A DNA stretch of 64,000 bases, from assembly GCA_965645245.1 (NCBI GenBank), contig OZ287077.1:2108001-2172000 (forward strand), written 5' to 3'. Origin of the DNA: Massalongia carnosa. Its lineage: Eukaryota. The position numbers were made by a program, and so were the translations under genes. Below are positions 50,674-62,673 of this stretch, in pieces. Position 1 is the first letter of the stretch. Every line of letters starts with the position of its first letter. The notes under the pieces were generated by a model. The model saw only the letters and a program-made list of their open reading frames with translations. It had not been told where the DNA came from and did not search any database.

Positions 50674-51985
50674 ACGCGGGTGACAAAAAAAATTTTACTC
50701 ACAAATTTTGACCCCACCAAACCATCAAAGTTTGACCCTTATTTGCATCGTGGCACCACACTATTATTATTGCTACTCCTACTACTATCAATAACCCGTC
50801 ATCGCACCGTCACCATCTATCACCGCTTGCAGCCCTTTCGGCATCTCAGCCACCTTGCTATTGATGAAATTTTGCGAAACCGTGGCCCACCCCTCATGAA
50901 TCAGTCCTACCGTGGTGGCCTCATCCCAATGAGGGAATTTGCGAATATACTGCTTGGGTGGCTGCCAGCAATTTTCAATAGGTGAGAGATCAGGAGACGA
51001 AGCACAGTTGAAATAGCTTTTCAACCCATTTTCTTCCTTCCATTTGCGTACGATATTGTTTTTACTAGTACCGTGCCCTGAATCACCATCTTCTTCCAGA
51101 CAGAAATCATCACCTCTGTCAAGCCACTGCTTGACGACAGGCTTCAAAATCTGATCAATATAGACCCTTTGACTCATCTTTTCATTAGTGTTGCCCGGAA
51201 CGTCGTATAAACGAATGTCTGACTTGAAATTGAGTCCCACAGCAGCCCAAGCATGCTTTTTTTTCAAGTCTTTTTCAGTTGATTCGTTCGTTTCTTGAAG
51301 ACAATCTTGACAGTATCGTTGACCCGGCTTGCGAATGATGCGAATTTTCCCCTGAGGCCCATAGCTATAATGCACCTCATCGCTGAATCGTACAGAAAAC
51401 CAGTCTTTATCATCAGGATATCTTTCTTTCATGACGATAGCCTATTCAAAACGACGTTTAGCCGTCGATTCGCTGACCCAGCCCTTTCTACATGCAATGC
51501 ATTTATGATAATTCATCGTACCCATAACTCTCTGAATTTTACGATCACTGCACTCCAGTCCCACCTCGTAGCCCAATTGAACCCACGTTAACCCGCGAGC
51601 CTCAATGCCTTCTGTCTCCAAAATACGCTCCATCTCTCGTATGTGTCTCGGGGTCACAATTGAATGACGTCCACGTGTTTCAGGAATGTCGGCATTGTGT
51701 CTAGTACGACTGGAATTTTCTCTTGTCAACATTTTCCAGCCAGTTTGTTTTGAAGTGCCGAAAACACGGAAAACATCTTCTTTGAAATAAGGAATCTTCA
51801 TCGCATCGCAAAACTCCACTGCACCCTGAATTTTGGCCCGTGTGGGGGTAGGATGATGGGTCTGAACCTTATGCGACTCCAAAGCAGGTGTGGTAGCTCT
51901 ATTCATGGCTGAATGATGGTGTATAAAATGTGGTGGTTGAAAAGGGGTCAAAATTTGTGAGTAAAATTTTTTTTGTCACCCGCGT
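50674..51985 (-). mobile_element. IS630/Tc1-like DNA transposon with perfect 42-bp TIRs
   Basis: ACGCGGGTGACAAAAAAAATTTTACTCACAAATTTTGACCCC at 50674-50715, inverted at 51944-51985. Confidence 0.92.
50788..51906 (-). pseudogene. Tc1-like DD37E transposase with one in-frame TAG (51442-51444)
   Basis: RGR and HTH-like N-terminus; FSDE, EEDGD, SPDLSPIENCW; 37 residues between the second D and E. Confidence 0.88.
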
Positions 51986-52488
51986 GCGAGGTCATATATC
52001 AATGTAAACACCCTTGTAATTTAGTTACAGCCTGGTGTGTTATTTATTAGCAAACATAGAAGAGATGGCCTCTAAGAGTCATTGAGAAGTGAGTTAATGT
52101 GTGCCTATATTTTCGAGATCAAAACATTATTGACCTTTTTGTGGGCAGAGAAAACAAGCCTGAAATGAAATGCAGTGGTCCATCTCTCATCTTCATCACT
52201 GTGAGGAATACTTATAAGATTTTATAAGCAAAGACTGTCTGCCATCTAAAAGCCACATATCAAAATTCTCTTCTCAAACGCATATCGAGTATAAGTTAGC
52301 TAGTTCACACGTCTAGAACGCACTTGCGCGAAAGTAGACCTCAAGGCGCTCAGTCCTCCACTTTCAAATCATAAATTACAGCTTCTCTCTTCACATTATT
52401 TGTTTCAGCTTCTATATTGCTGGATTTTTCCCGCCGCCCTACCCGTCCCCGGTCGCTCTTGCGCATCACCTCACCACGTCGAGCGTTT

Positions 52489-54925
52489 CATGCCTCAAGC
52501 ATCATCACTCAGCTGGTCTTCATGGTCTTCATGGTCTTTGTCCGACACCAGGTATTTATTTCATCGTGCCCCCCGACCTCCAAAATCGGCTGTTCTGCTC
52601 AGCTTCCCCTCCGTTCCCATCGTCTCTGACGACCTTTCTCTTCGTGTCCCTCAACCCTTCATCTTCGTATTTCCAACCCTCTTATTCTCCCACTTTCATT
52701 TTCGCCGTCCCTCCTTCACGTCGATCACCTATCGTCCACGCTCGTCGACTCTAATTTTCCCTGAACGAGTTTACAAGGACAGCAGCGAGGATCTACAGAG
52801 CTGGGTTAAGAACCTTTGGTATCGGTAAGGAGATGCTACTACTACTATCGTGGACTGGCGAAATCTGATCGAGGCTGACAGATATTGCGAATTCACTGGG
52901 AAGAATTCCGTCATGACTCTCAAGGAGATCTCTATCAACATCCTCTACGTCTTCTTCGACTGGATACTCTCCATTCGAAAAGGTCGGCTGAGTGCGGCTA
53001 GTACCCTGCAAACATACTGGAATTTTTTTTGCCTAGTGCGAAAGAAAGAGACTGGCTGTCTAGAGATCGACCCGCTTATCAAAAGCCAGATGTACGGGGT
53101 ACGAGAGCCCCGTTCTACGCCTCTATTGATTAACCAGTACTAGGCGAGACAACGGCTCGCTCTAAAGCATCGGTTAAGGACTGAGAAGAAGAAGAAGAAA
53201 CTTATCATGCGGGCCGAGGACGATTCGTCGAGATCGTCTTTGATCACGAGCGGCACCGTGTACAACTAGCCTTGATCATGCAGCTAGCCGGGATCACAGA
53301 CAATCGTCCTGCTGCTCTTTTGGGTGTGTGCTACAAAGATTTTAAGATCACCTTGCTTCCGGGTCTCAAAGGAGGGGAGCTTCCTCGACGGTTGATTGAA
53401 ATCGCATTCAAGAATACGAAGGGCTATCTAGGCGATAAAGAAACGTCCGTGTTGCCCTTTTGTGCTTTCTTCGTCGAGACGGACAGTTTCGCTGAACTAC
53501 TAACAAGTATCATAGAAACGAGTTCAGGATTCCTGACGAGCCTGACGAACCATGCCTGCTGCTTTGTCCTCATCTAAACCTACTCACTTTGATCTTTATC
53601 GATCAGGCCTTCGCCGCTCCCGAATTGATTTCTGCCGAACAGTATTCCGTCTCCGGATCCCCCCGGGACAGAAATAGCTGCCGTTTCTCCTTAAGGAAAC
53701 GATGCTACACGTTCTCCTCTTCCGCCGATCCGAATTCCCTGAACGGGGTTCGAATTTCGGACGCCAAAGCTCTGCCTGACAGTACTCTTCGATCACGGAT
53801 GAGAACCCTTGGAAGCGTCACCGGAATGAAGCTTCCCACCGGTTCATACATCTTTCGACGAGGCAATAGCGAAGCTCTCGACAACAGCAAGTGTGTACAC
53901 GACCTCTGTCAATTTTCTTTTGAGCTTTTTGCTGACCCTTGCACAAGCTTCATCAGCGAATCGCAACGGAATCTGATTTTGCAACATCACAACTCCACCG
54001 TGTTCTTAAAAAGCTATCTCTCGAGGTATATCACAAGTGATACCGGGGCCGCCTATCGTGGTTTGAAGCCGCAAACTGCGCTGATGCGACTCGCCAGTGG
54101 AATGAGTCGTAAGATTGATCGACGACGGCCTCGGAAGCTCAATGACGCCCAAAAAGCTCAGGTCGATCGTCACCCAGAGGTGAGACTCCTTTGCCGGAGG
54201 CAAAAGAAAATGTTCCAGTTCATCAAAGACAATTATGGACCCATCGCGAGCATGAAGGGGACATCAGTGTACAATAAGTACCAAAAGGCGTATCAAGCTC
54301 ATCGCAACATAAAACGGCGGCAGAGGAGGCTCTTTTACAAGAGGTCAAAGCGAGGTAAAAGAGGGAGCAGCCGGTGATCGACATTCAACGAAAGCTGAAA
54401 GGACTGCCGTCGGTAGAACTCGAGACGGCGAAGGCAGAGGATTACGTCTTCGAGGAGCGTGTCCGGGTCATCGATACCCTCCTCACCTTCGCGACGTCAT
54501 CCCCAGAGGAAGAGTGCGAACGGCGGGTTGAAGCGATCAAAGTTTTGACAGCCCTTTGTCGCTTGCAGGAAGGCAAGCGTCCACGTCGTTCAAAACTTTC
54601 CGCGCCGGTCGTCAAGGAACGGCATCTGACACCACCATCTGTCCTCGATCCGGCCTCTCTTTCAGACTCCATCTCGATTGAATGCGAACCCACTCAATGT
54701 ATCTTTTGCATCTTTTGCCTCGGCTGTGTAGCGCTAGCCACCGAGACACGTCTGAAGTCTTTCCGCAGCCGCTACGATCTGAAAAAGCGCTTCCATTGTA
54801 AACACCTTCGTCATCACCAAGACGGTCATCCGATCGCATGCCCTCATCCAAGGTGTCAAGATGTTTTGACAAGCACAATGAACTTGCAGAACCATGCGGA
54901 GTTGGTTCACAAGACGCCCACTTGA
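52489..54925 (+). pseudogene. DUF3435 tyrosine recombinase (Starship captain type) with C-terminal C2H2 finger; intron-containing and frameshifted
   Basis: FFDW....STLQTYW; RHRVQLALIMQLAGITDNRPAALL; NTKG; LCPHL; YIFRRG; QRNLILQH..S.VF..SYLSR; MSRKIDRRRP; CPHPRC...LQNHAELVH. The start codon is uncertain. Confidence 0.82.
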
Positions 54926-55627
54926 CTGTCATTCGGCCTTTGCGTGCAGATTGGTTATATAAATTCCTTTTGAGATCACCACCTTACGAGCGGCCATAAT
55001 AGGTTGCCTCCCCATAGAAAAGCTTCGGTTCGGCATCAAGCTTGACTAATTCCATACCCTTCTGCTGTTTTCGATGCGTCGAATGGCAAGTCTCATGACC
55101 ATCTCAGGTTCTTATAAATTCTTCGCTCCTTGTAGCCTATAACTACTACATCATCATCAGCATCAACTCTCGTATCGCTCTAGCTCCCAATTTCGGCTCC
55201 TCTACTCCCTCGCAACATCCCATCTTCAAAATCATGGCTACCGTACCATTTGCAACAGCGACCGAATGGAATAGCCTAGGAGTATACGTACAATGTCTTC
55301 TATCTAAAGACTCATCATCACGGACCAGATCATCGGCCATGGACAGGTCAGACTTGGGTCGCTCACTTCGGGGGCAATCGTGGGTATGCTGACCTTACCT
55401 ATCAATCACTGTATTCTTACGAAGGATAGCTGCCTCCATCTAATATTCATCTAACATGGCTGCCTAAATCATACATGTACCGTGTTATAGATGGAGAGCA
55501 TCTCGGCGCAACCCACATGAAGTCAGAGATAATGGTTTTATCCTTGGGGCCACTATCTAGACCGTTATGTACAATAGTAGCAATATTAAAAAAACGATAT
55601 TAAACTCCTGTGAAACATGATATCTTC

Positions 55628-55730
55628 AGCCAGAGAAAATGCCCGAGGCTTTAAAATGACTGGGGCTTTTTAGTCACTATCCCTTTTCAATCACTACTCC
55701 CTTTTAATCCCTACTCTCTTTCAATTCCTA
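55628..55730 (+). repeat. Direct repeat copy 1 (~100 bp) flanking the NLR
   Basis: Matches 62032-62131: AGGCTTT.AAATGACTGGGGCTTTTTAGTC..CTTTTCAATCACTACTCCCTTT..CCCTACTCTC. Confidence 0.85.
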
Positions 55731-55875
55731 TTTGATCCGATTTGGCACAGCGAGACAAGATGCCAAGAATTTTGAAACTTCCCCCATACGCCTTGCGCCC
55801 CTGCGCCCCTTACCTTCAAGTTCCCTCTCAACGGAACGATAGAATTTCAATTCCATCATTGCCAGCAAGATTAAA

Positions 55876-58800
55876 CTAGCCTTCAGACGGTATTGATCTG
55901 ATCTCATTTTGACGTTTGAATATATCATCCAGCCTTGTCCTGCCTAGAATTGTCATACCTGGCACAGGTAAGCCGCTTGAGCCCCGCAGATACATCTTTT
56001 CGGCCTCGTTCATCTTGCCTTGGATTTTATACAAATTTCCTAGATTGTTGACTGTGGCAAGCGTTGATGTGTGATCAGGACCCCAGGCCTTTTCGTATCC
56101 TGTCAATGCCCGCAGATACATCTCTTCAGCCTCGTTCATCTTGCCTTGATCTGTATACAGACTTCCTAGATTGTTGACTGTTGTAAGCGTTGATGTGTGA
56201 TCAGGACCCCAGGCCTTTTCGTATCCTGTCAATGCCCGCAGATACATCTCTTCGGCCTCGTTCATCTTGCCTTGGATTTTATACAAATTTCCTAGATTGT
56301 TGACTGTGGCAAGCGTTGATGTGTGATCAGAACCCCAGGCCTTTTCGTATCCTGTCAATGCCCGCAGATACATTTCTTCGGCCTCATTCATCTTGCCTTG
56401 ATTTGCATACAGAATTCCTAGATTGTTGACTGTGTCGAGCGTTGATGTGTGATCAGGACCCCAGGCCTTTTCCTTTCCTGTCAATGCCCGCAGATACATT
56501 TCTTCGGCCTCATTCATCTTGCCTTGATTTGCATACAGAATTCCTAGATTGTTGACTGTGTCGAGCGTTGATGTGTGATCAGGACCCCAGGCCTTTTCGT
56601 ATCCTGTCAATGCCCGCAGATACATCTCTTCGGCCTCGTTCATCTTGCCTTGATCTGTATACAAAAGCCCTAGATTGTTGACTGTGTCGAGCTTTGATGT
56701 ATGATCAGGATCCCAGGCCTTTTCCTTTCCTGTCAATGCCCGCAGATACATCTCTTCGGCCTCGTTCATCTTGCCTTGATCTGTATACAAACTTCCTAGA
56801 TTATTGACTGTTTTGAGCGTTGATGTGTGATCAGGACCCCAGGCCTTTTCGTATCCTGTCAATGCCCGCAGATACATCTCTTCGGCCTCGTTCATCTTGC
56901 CTTGGATTTTATACAAATTTCCTAGGTTGTTGACTGTGGCAAGCGTTGATGTGTGATCAGAACCCCAGGCCTTTTCGTATCCTGTCAATGCCCGCAGAAA
57001 CATCTCTTCGGCCTCGTTCATCTTGCCTTGATATGCATACAGACTTCCTAGATTGTTGACTGTGGCGAGCGTTGATATGTGATCAGGACCCCAGGCCTTT
57101 TCGTATCCTGTCAATGCCCGCAGATACATCTCTTCGGCCTCGTTCATCTTGCCTTGATCTGTATACAAACTTCCTAGATTGTTGACTGTTTTGAGCGTTG
57201 ATTTGTGATCAGGACCCCAGGCCTTTTCGTATCCTGTCAATGCCCGCAGATACATCTCTTCGGCCTCGTTCATCTTGCCTTGATCTGTATACAGACTTCC
57301 TAGATTGTTGACTGTTGTAAGCGTGGATGTGTGATCAGGACCCCAGGCCTTTTCGTATCCTGTCAATGCCCGCAGATACATTTCTTCGGCCTCGTTCATC
57401 TTGCCTTGGATTTTATACAAATTTCCTAGATTGTTGACTGTGGCAAGCGTTGATGTGTGATCAGGACCCCAGGCCTTTTCGTATCCTGTCAATGCCCGCA
57501 GATACATCTCTTCGGCCTCGTTCATCTTGCCTTGATCTGTATACAGACTTCCTAGATTGTTGACTGTTGTAAGCGTTGATGTGTGATCAGGAACCCAGGC
57601 CTTTTCGTATCCTGTCAATGCCCGCAGATACATCTCTTCGGCCTCGTTCATCTTGCCTTGGATTTTATACAAATTTCCTAGATTGTTGACTGTGGCAAGC
57701 GTTGATGTGTGATCAGGACCCCAGGCCTTTTCGTATCCTGTCAATGCCCGCAGAAACATCTCTTCGGCCTCCTTCATCTTGCCTTGATCTGCATACAGAC
57801 TTCCTAGATCGTTGACTGTGGCGAGCGTTGATGTGTGATCAGGACCCCAGGCCTTTTCCTTTCCTGTCAATGCCCGCAGATACATCTCTTCGGCCTCGTT
57901 CATCTTGCCTTGATCTGTATACAGACTTCCTAGATTGTTGACTGTTGTGAGCGTTGATTTGTGATCAGGACCCCAGGCCTTTTCGTATCCTGTCAGTGCC
58001 CGCAGATACATTTCTTCGGCCTCATTCATCTTGCCTTGATTTGCATACAGAATTCCTAGATTGTTGACTGTGTCGAGCGTTGATGTGTGATCAGGACCCC
58101 AGGCCTTTTCCTTTCCTGTCAATGCCCGCAGATACATCTCTTCGGCCTCGTTCATCTTGCCTTGATCTGCATACAAAAGCCCTAGATTGTTGACTGTGTC
58201 GAGCGTTGATGTGTGATCAGGAACCCCGGCCTTTTCGTATCCTGTCAATGCCCGCAGATACATCTCTTCGGCCTCGTTCATCTTGCCTTGCTCTGTATAC
58301 AGACTTCCTAGATTGTTGACTGTTGTGAGCGTTGATGTGTGATCAGGACCCCAGGCCTTTTCGTATCCTGTCAATGCCCGCAGATACATCTCTTCGGCCT
58401 CGTTCATCTTTCCTTGATCTGCATACAGAATTCCTAGATTGTTGACTGTGTCGAGCGTTGATGTGTGATCAGGACCCCAGGCCTTTTCCTTTCCTGTCAA
58501 TGCCCGCAGAAACATCTCTTCGGCCTCGTTCATCTTGCCTTGGATTTTATACACATTTCCTAGATTGTTGACTGTGTCGAGCGTTGATGTGTGATCAGGA
58601 CCCCAGGCCTTTTCGTATCCTCTCAATGCCCGCAGATACATCTCTTCGGCATCTTTCTGCTTGCCTTGTTCTTTTGAAAAATAGCCAATAGCATGATACG
58701 AAGGATATAGTACCTGTTCCCATCTCATATTCCTTTCGAGGTTTTGATGTTTTTTTCCAATCCAGAAGTGAACATAACTACAATGACCAGCCAGTCGTTT

Positions 58801-61150
58801 TCGATGCAGCCAGTTTGCTGAACTGCCAGTGGAATGACATGCGGAACCGATTACAGAAACTGCTAAAGAAGCTATCTCGTCGTTAGAGGTTAGATTCAAG
58901 TGAAAACACCAGTCATGTATAATTGGATGAATCGCATAAGATGAGATCTCATATCGTGTTTCTATCAAGGAGTAATCCAGCAGTATTTGAATCTTCTGTG
59001 TAAAATCAAATTCCGTCTTCATGCTACATGAAAACCAGATAGGTAATGTCTCTTTTGGGATAATGCTCTCGTCAAGTACAGGTGCGAATAAAGAATACCA
59101 TAAATCTGAATGATCGAGATATGCAAACAGATTAAGCAATTTTGCAGCGCTCGCGTCATTACGTTGCACATATACATAGGAAATGGTGTACGTAGATAAA
59201 ATGCTACGAGGATAATCTTTTAATCGGGTCGTTTTGTTGTTGTGAAGCTTCTCCCAAGTCTCTTCATAGTATCGAATATAGTCGTTCACACTTGTAGTCG
59301 TTCCGTGGATATAGGAGCCTGCATGAGCAAGTGCAAGTGGGAGACCACCCACTTTCTCGACGATCCTATCAAGGCCTATATAATGCTTAGTAAATTGGAT
59401 TAAGACTGTTGCTTAAATTTCATTACCTTCAACTGATTGTCCTATCCTGCATCGTAATACTTCTGCTCCTTGTAGATCGCTCATCCTTCCAAGTTGCCGG
59501 TCCTGCCCGTGTTGTCGAAGCTGTCGTAATCGGCTTGTGATTAAAATAGAGCCGTGATCGGCTTCCGGGAAAAAATCTTCCACATCATATGATTGAGGAT
59601 CATTTACCTCCGGAGAATTATCACGATCGACATTATCGAAAATGAGAAGCCATTGATTGTTTTCATGTTGATTGAACCAAATAAGAATATTGTGAATAAT
59701 TTCATCTAGCTCTTCACGGGATGTTTTAGAGACTTTTCTACATGAATCCGGAATCTGATCTGGGGGTAATTGCCGAGCAATCTGTGCAAGACTTTGACGT
59801 ACACTTTCCTTACTATCGCCGTTTAACCAAAAAATAGAACTGAAAATCTTCTGTGATCTTTGAGCGAACTCGATTGCTAGCTGAGTCTTGCCGGAGCCGC
59901 CCAGTCCGTGTAAAACGAACACCTTCCGGCGATTCTCACGAGTTGGTTTGGGAAAAAGGGTATTCTTGAGGTCATTCATTTCCTGATCACGAGCTATGAA
60001 TTTGGGTACACGGGGCAAGCCTTTCAAACTGAACGGCACTTTATATGAACCACTATCTATTCAAGGATTTAGTAACTCAAGAATTATCAAGCAAACATTA
60101 ACGCACATTCTCGTGTTGAAAGATTATTTCCACAAAGCTTCATTTGTTTCATCACGCTTTCCAAAGCCACATAGCGGGTTGTGGCGGCCATGATCTTGTT
60201 CTTCTGTGCTGCATCTTCGAGTCCAATACTCTCAAGCCCATGAGAAACATTGAAACGAAAGTAGCGATTCCCATCGTCGAGATCGGAATGCGCTCGATGA
60301 AAAGACTCCGCTGTTTTTTCTGTCTCTGTTGCAATGTCTTTCAACGTTTTTGCAATCTCGAAGAGGCTTGAGCCATAAGAATCCAAGGATGGAGCACCCG
60401 TACCGATAGATATCAGACATTTGATGTTTCCCTCAAGCGCTTCATCTGACCACACACTTTTGGCCTCGTTCCAAAGATGTGCGACAGGATTGTTAGCCCC
60501 CACAGCCCCATCGACAAACTCTTCTTCAAACTGGCCAATTTTAACTGGATCAAAGAAGGATGATGCGGCAGATGTGGCTCGAGCTGCCTCCCAAATTCGT
60601 GTCTTATGGTACATATCTAATGATCCTCGAGAAGGATAGGATGTGAAAAGGACTGTGTCGGCAGTCTCTTTGCTCAGAGCGCATACAAATCTAGCTTTCA
60701 TTAGTATCACTAGAATTATACGTGTAAATGTAACTTCCGAAGCACTAACACCTTGCATTGCTGATTCTCTGATCCTTTGAGGAGAGCATTTTCCCCTGCA
60801 TTCTCCTTCCGCTTTACGATTTCTCGAATCGACCGTTCCAGCTCTTCCGTGTCGAATCTCCCCTGCACGTGTCCGTTTATTGTGACACGTTGCCGCTTTT
60901 TTTTAAACACTTGATCGAACAATGCGACATAGGAATCAATACATTCATCGATATTCATCTCAAGACGACCTAGCATGATAGCAATCAATCCACCGGTACT
61001 TGTCCCTCCGATCATGTCGAAATACTCGCATGGCTTCGGCGGCGCATCCGGATTGATGATCTGCATCAGTCGCTTGAGGATTGCGAGTGACGATAGCCCT
61101 CGCACTCCACCGCCATCAAGAGATAATAGACATAAATCTTTATCTGGCAT
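55876..61150 (-). CDS. Fungal NLR, patatin-like phospholipase + NB-ARC + TPR (PLP-1-like), 4 exons, 1704 aa
   Basis: join(61150-60750, 60690-60107, 60056-59427, 59375-55876) with GT-AG introns is in frame; DGGGVRG, GTSTG, DGA; GLGGSGKT, LLIFDNVD, GGLPLAL; TPR array. Confidence 0.93.
55985..58660 (-). repeat. 21 full plus 1 partial 126-bp (42-aa) TPR repeats with high internal conservation
   Basis: Consensus NEAEEMYLRALTG[YK]EKAWGPDHTSTL[DTAK]TVNNLG[SNIL]LYxxQGKM. Confidence 0.97.
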
Positions 61151-61884
61151 GATAGAAGGTCCTAGCTTTCTTCGACTTATACAACTAGCCTGGTAGGAAT
61201 GTGCAGAGGCTGGCTTTGGAAATGAGTGGTATAGAAAGCATCAGTCAAGCTGTTATTGTTGCGCGGCTGAATGATATCCATATAAGGCTGAAAACGTCTG
61301 TAAACAGTTACTACTCATCCAGGGTGCGTACAAGCTAGTAATGCAACTGCCGACAGCACATTAAACTCTTTTCGGTTTAAGTCGGATGACGTGTTTATTG
61401 CTACTAATAATTACCCTAATCGTGCCAAACCACTTTCGGAATGGAAGAGCATCCCTTATCGACGATGTTGTAAAGAAGTATGAGGTGCGTCCACGACTTC
61501 AGCGAGATATATCTTTTCGTCTCCTTTCGCATGCGCTGTTATCTCGCGGTATCGATGTTCGGCCAGGCTGGTGATGTAAGCGGATTCAGTCTTGTCGGCG
61601 TAGATTCGGATCGCGACACAAGTCTCCCGGAATACTTCATAGATGGGATTTGACGCCTTAGCTGCTTCAAGAGCACAGTTGACTTTTCTGATCAAGACAT
61701 CCGTAGGCTGGTTGGCGAAGAAAAGAACCGACTTGGAAAAAGCGAGTGAAAAGGAAAGGCAATCAGTAATTAAAGGAGGCATAGAGTACAATTAGATTAA
61801 TCTAGATTTTTGCTTTAATTTTGGTGTGTGTTGTAATAATTTTATTCTACGAGTTTGATCCCACGAGTTATGTCTCCTTACGAA

Positions 61885-62305
61885 ATTTATTCCCCCAGGG
61901 CTTTTGTCCCCTCAGGGACTTTATTTCCCCAGGGCTTTTATTCTCCTAGGGCTTTCATTCCCTCGGGAAACGAAAAGAGTAGGGAAACGAAAACCCTGGG
62001 AGAATAAAAGCTCTGGGGAAATAAAGTCCCTAGCCAAGAAACACCAAGGCTTTGAAATGACTGGGGCTTTTTAGTCCATATTCCTTTTCAATCACTACTC
62101 CCTTTCAGTCCCTACTCTCGGCTAATTCCTACTCACTTCCAGTCCCTACTCCCTTTCAGTCGCTACTCTCTTCCAGTTCCTATGCTTTTTGAATTCCTAC
62201 TTCCTTCCAGTCTCTACTCTCTTTCAGTCTTCACTCTCTTTCAACGTCTATAATCTTTCAGTCCCTACTCTCTTTCAGTCCCTACGCTTTTTAAAGCCCT
62301 ACTAG
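61885..62305. repeat. Complex repeat: ~43-bp inverted repeat built of ~17-mers, direct repeat copy 2, and a 17-bp tandem array
   Basis: IR 61913-61957 versus 61989-62032; copy 2 at 62032-62131; (CTACTCTCTTTCAGTCC)n continuing to ~62305. Confidence 0.85.
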
Positions 62306-62673
62306 TCCTCAACCCCCTTTAGTGATAATATTTAACTTTAACTTTTATGAAAAGCTTCATTCGCGAGACGCTGGAGGGGGGTGGAGCGGTGATGCTCAAA
62401 ATTCAAATTGCTAGCGGTTCGGGAATTGGTTCTTTTCGGCTGGTACTCGGTAAAGGTAGCGGGGAAGTCAGGTGACAGTCTTTCTTTTAGTTATAGATAC
62501 AGTACTAGGCCAAAAGTCTGCGGCCCCGCACCCCACCAACATTTTAATCATTCTATTCAATCAACAATCAAGCACGTCATGATTGCTGAAATGTCTTGAA
62601 ATTTTACATAATGATTACATATATACTAAACAATAATTCCCCCAAAAGTTGATTTTTAATATTTAGTATAGAG

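Noticed and set aside
55985..58660. DGR-like template/variable repeat system
   Set aside because: All copies are in-frame TPR units, there is no non-coding template, and the nearby RTs belong to LTR elements.
61456..61791. 111-aa ORF upstream of the NLR as a partner gene
   Set aside because: Non-ATG start, no recognisable motif and no supporting splice structure.
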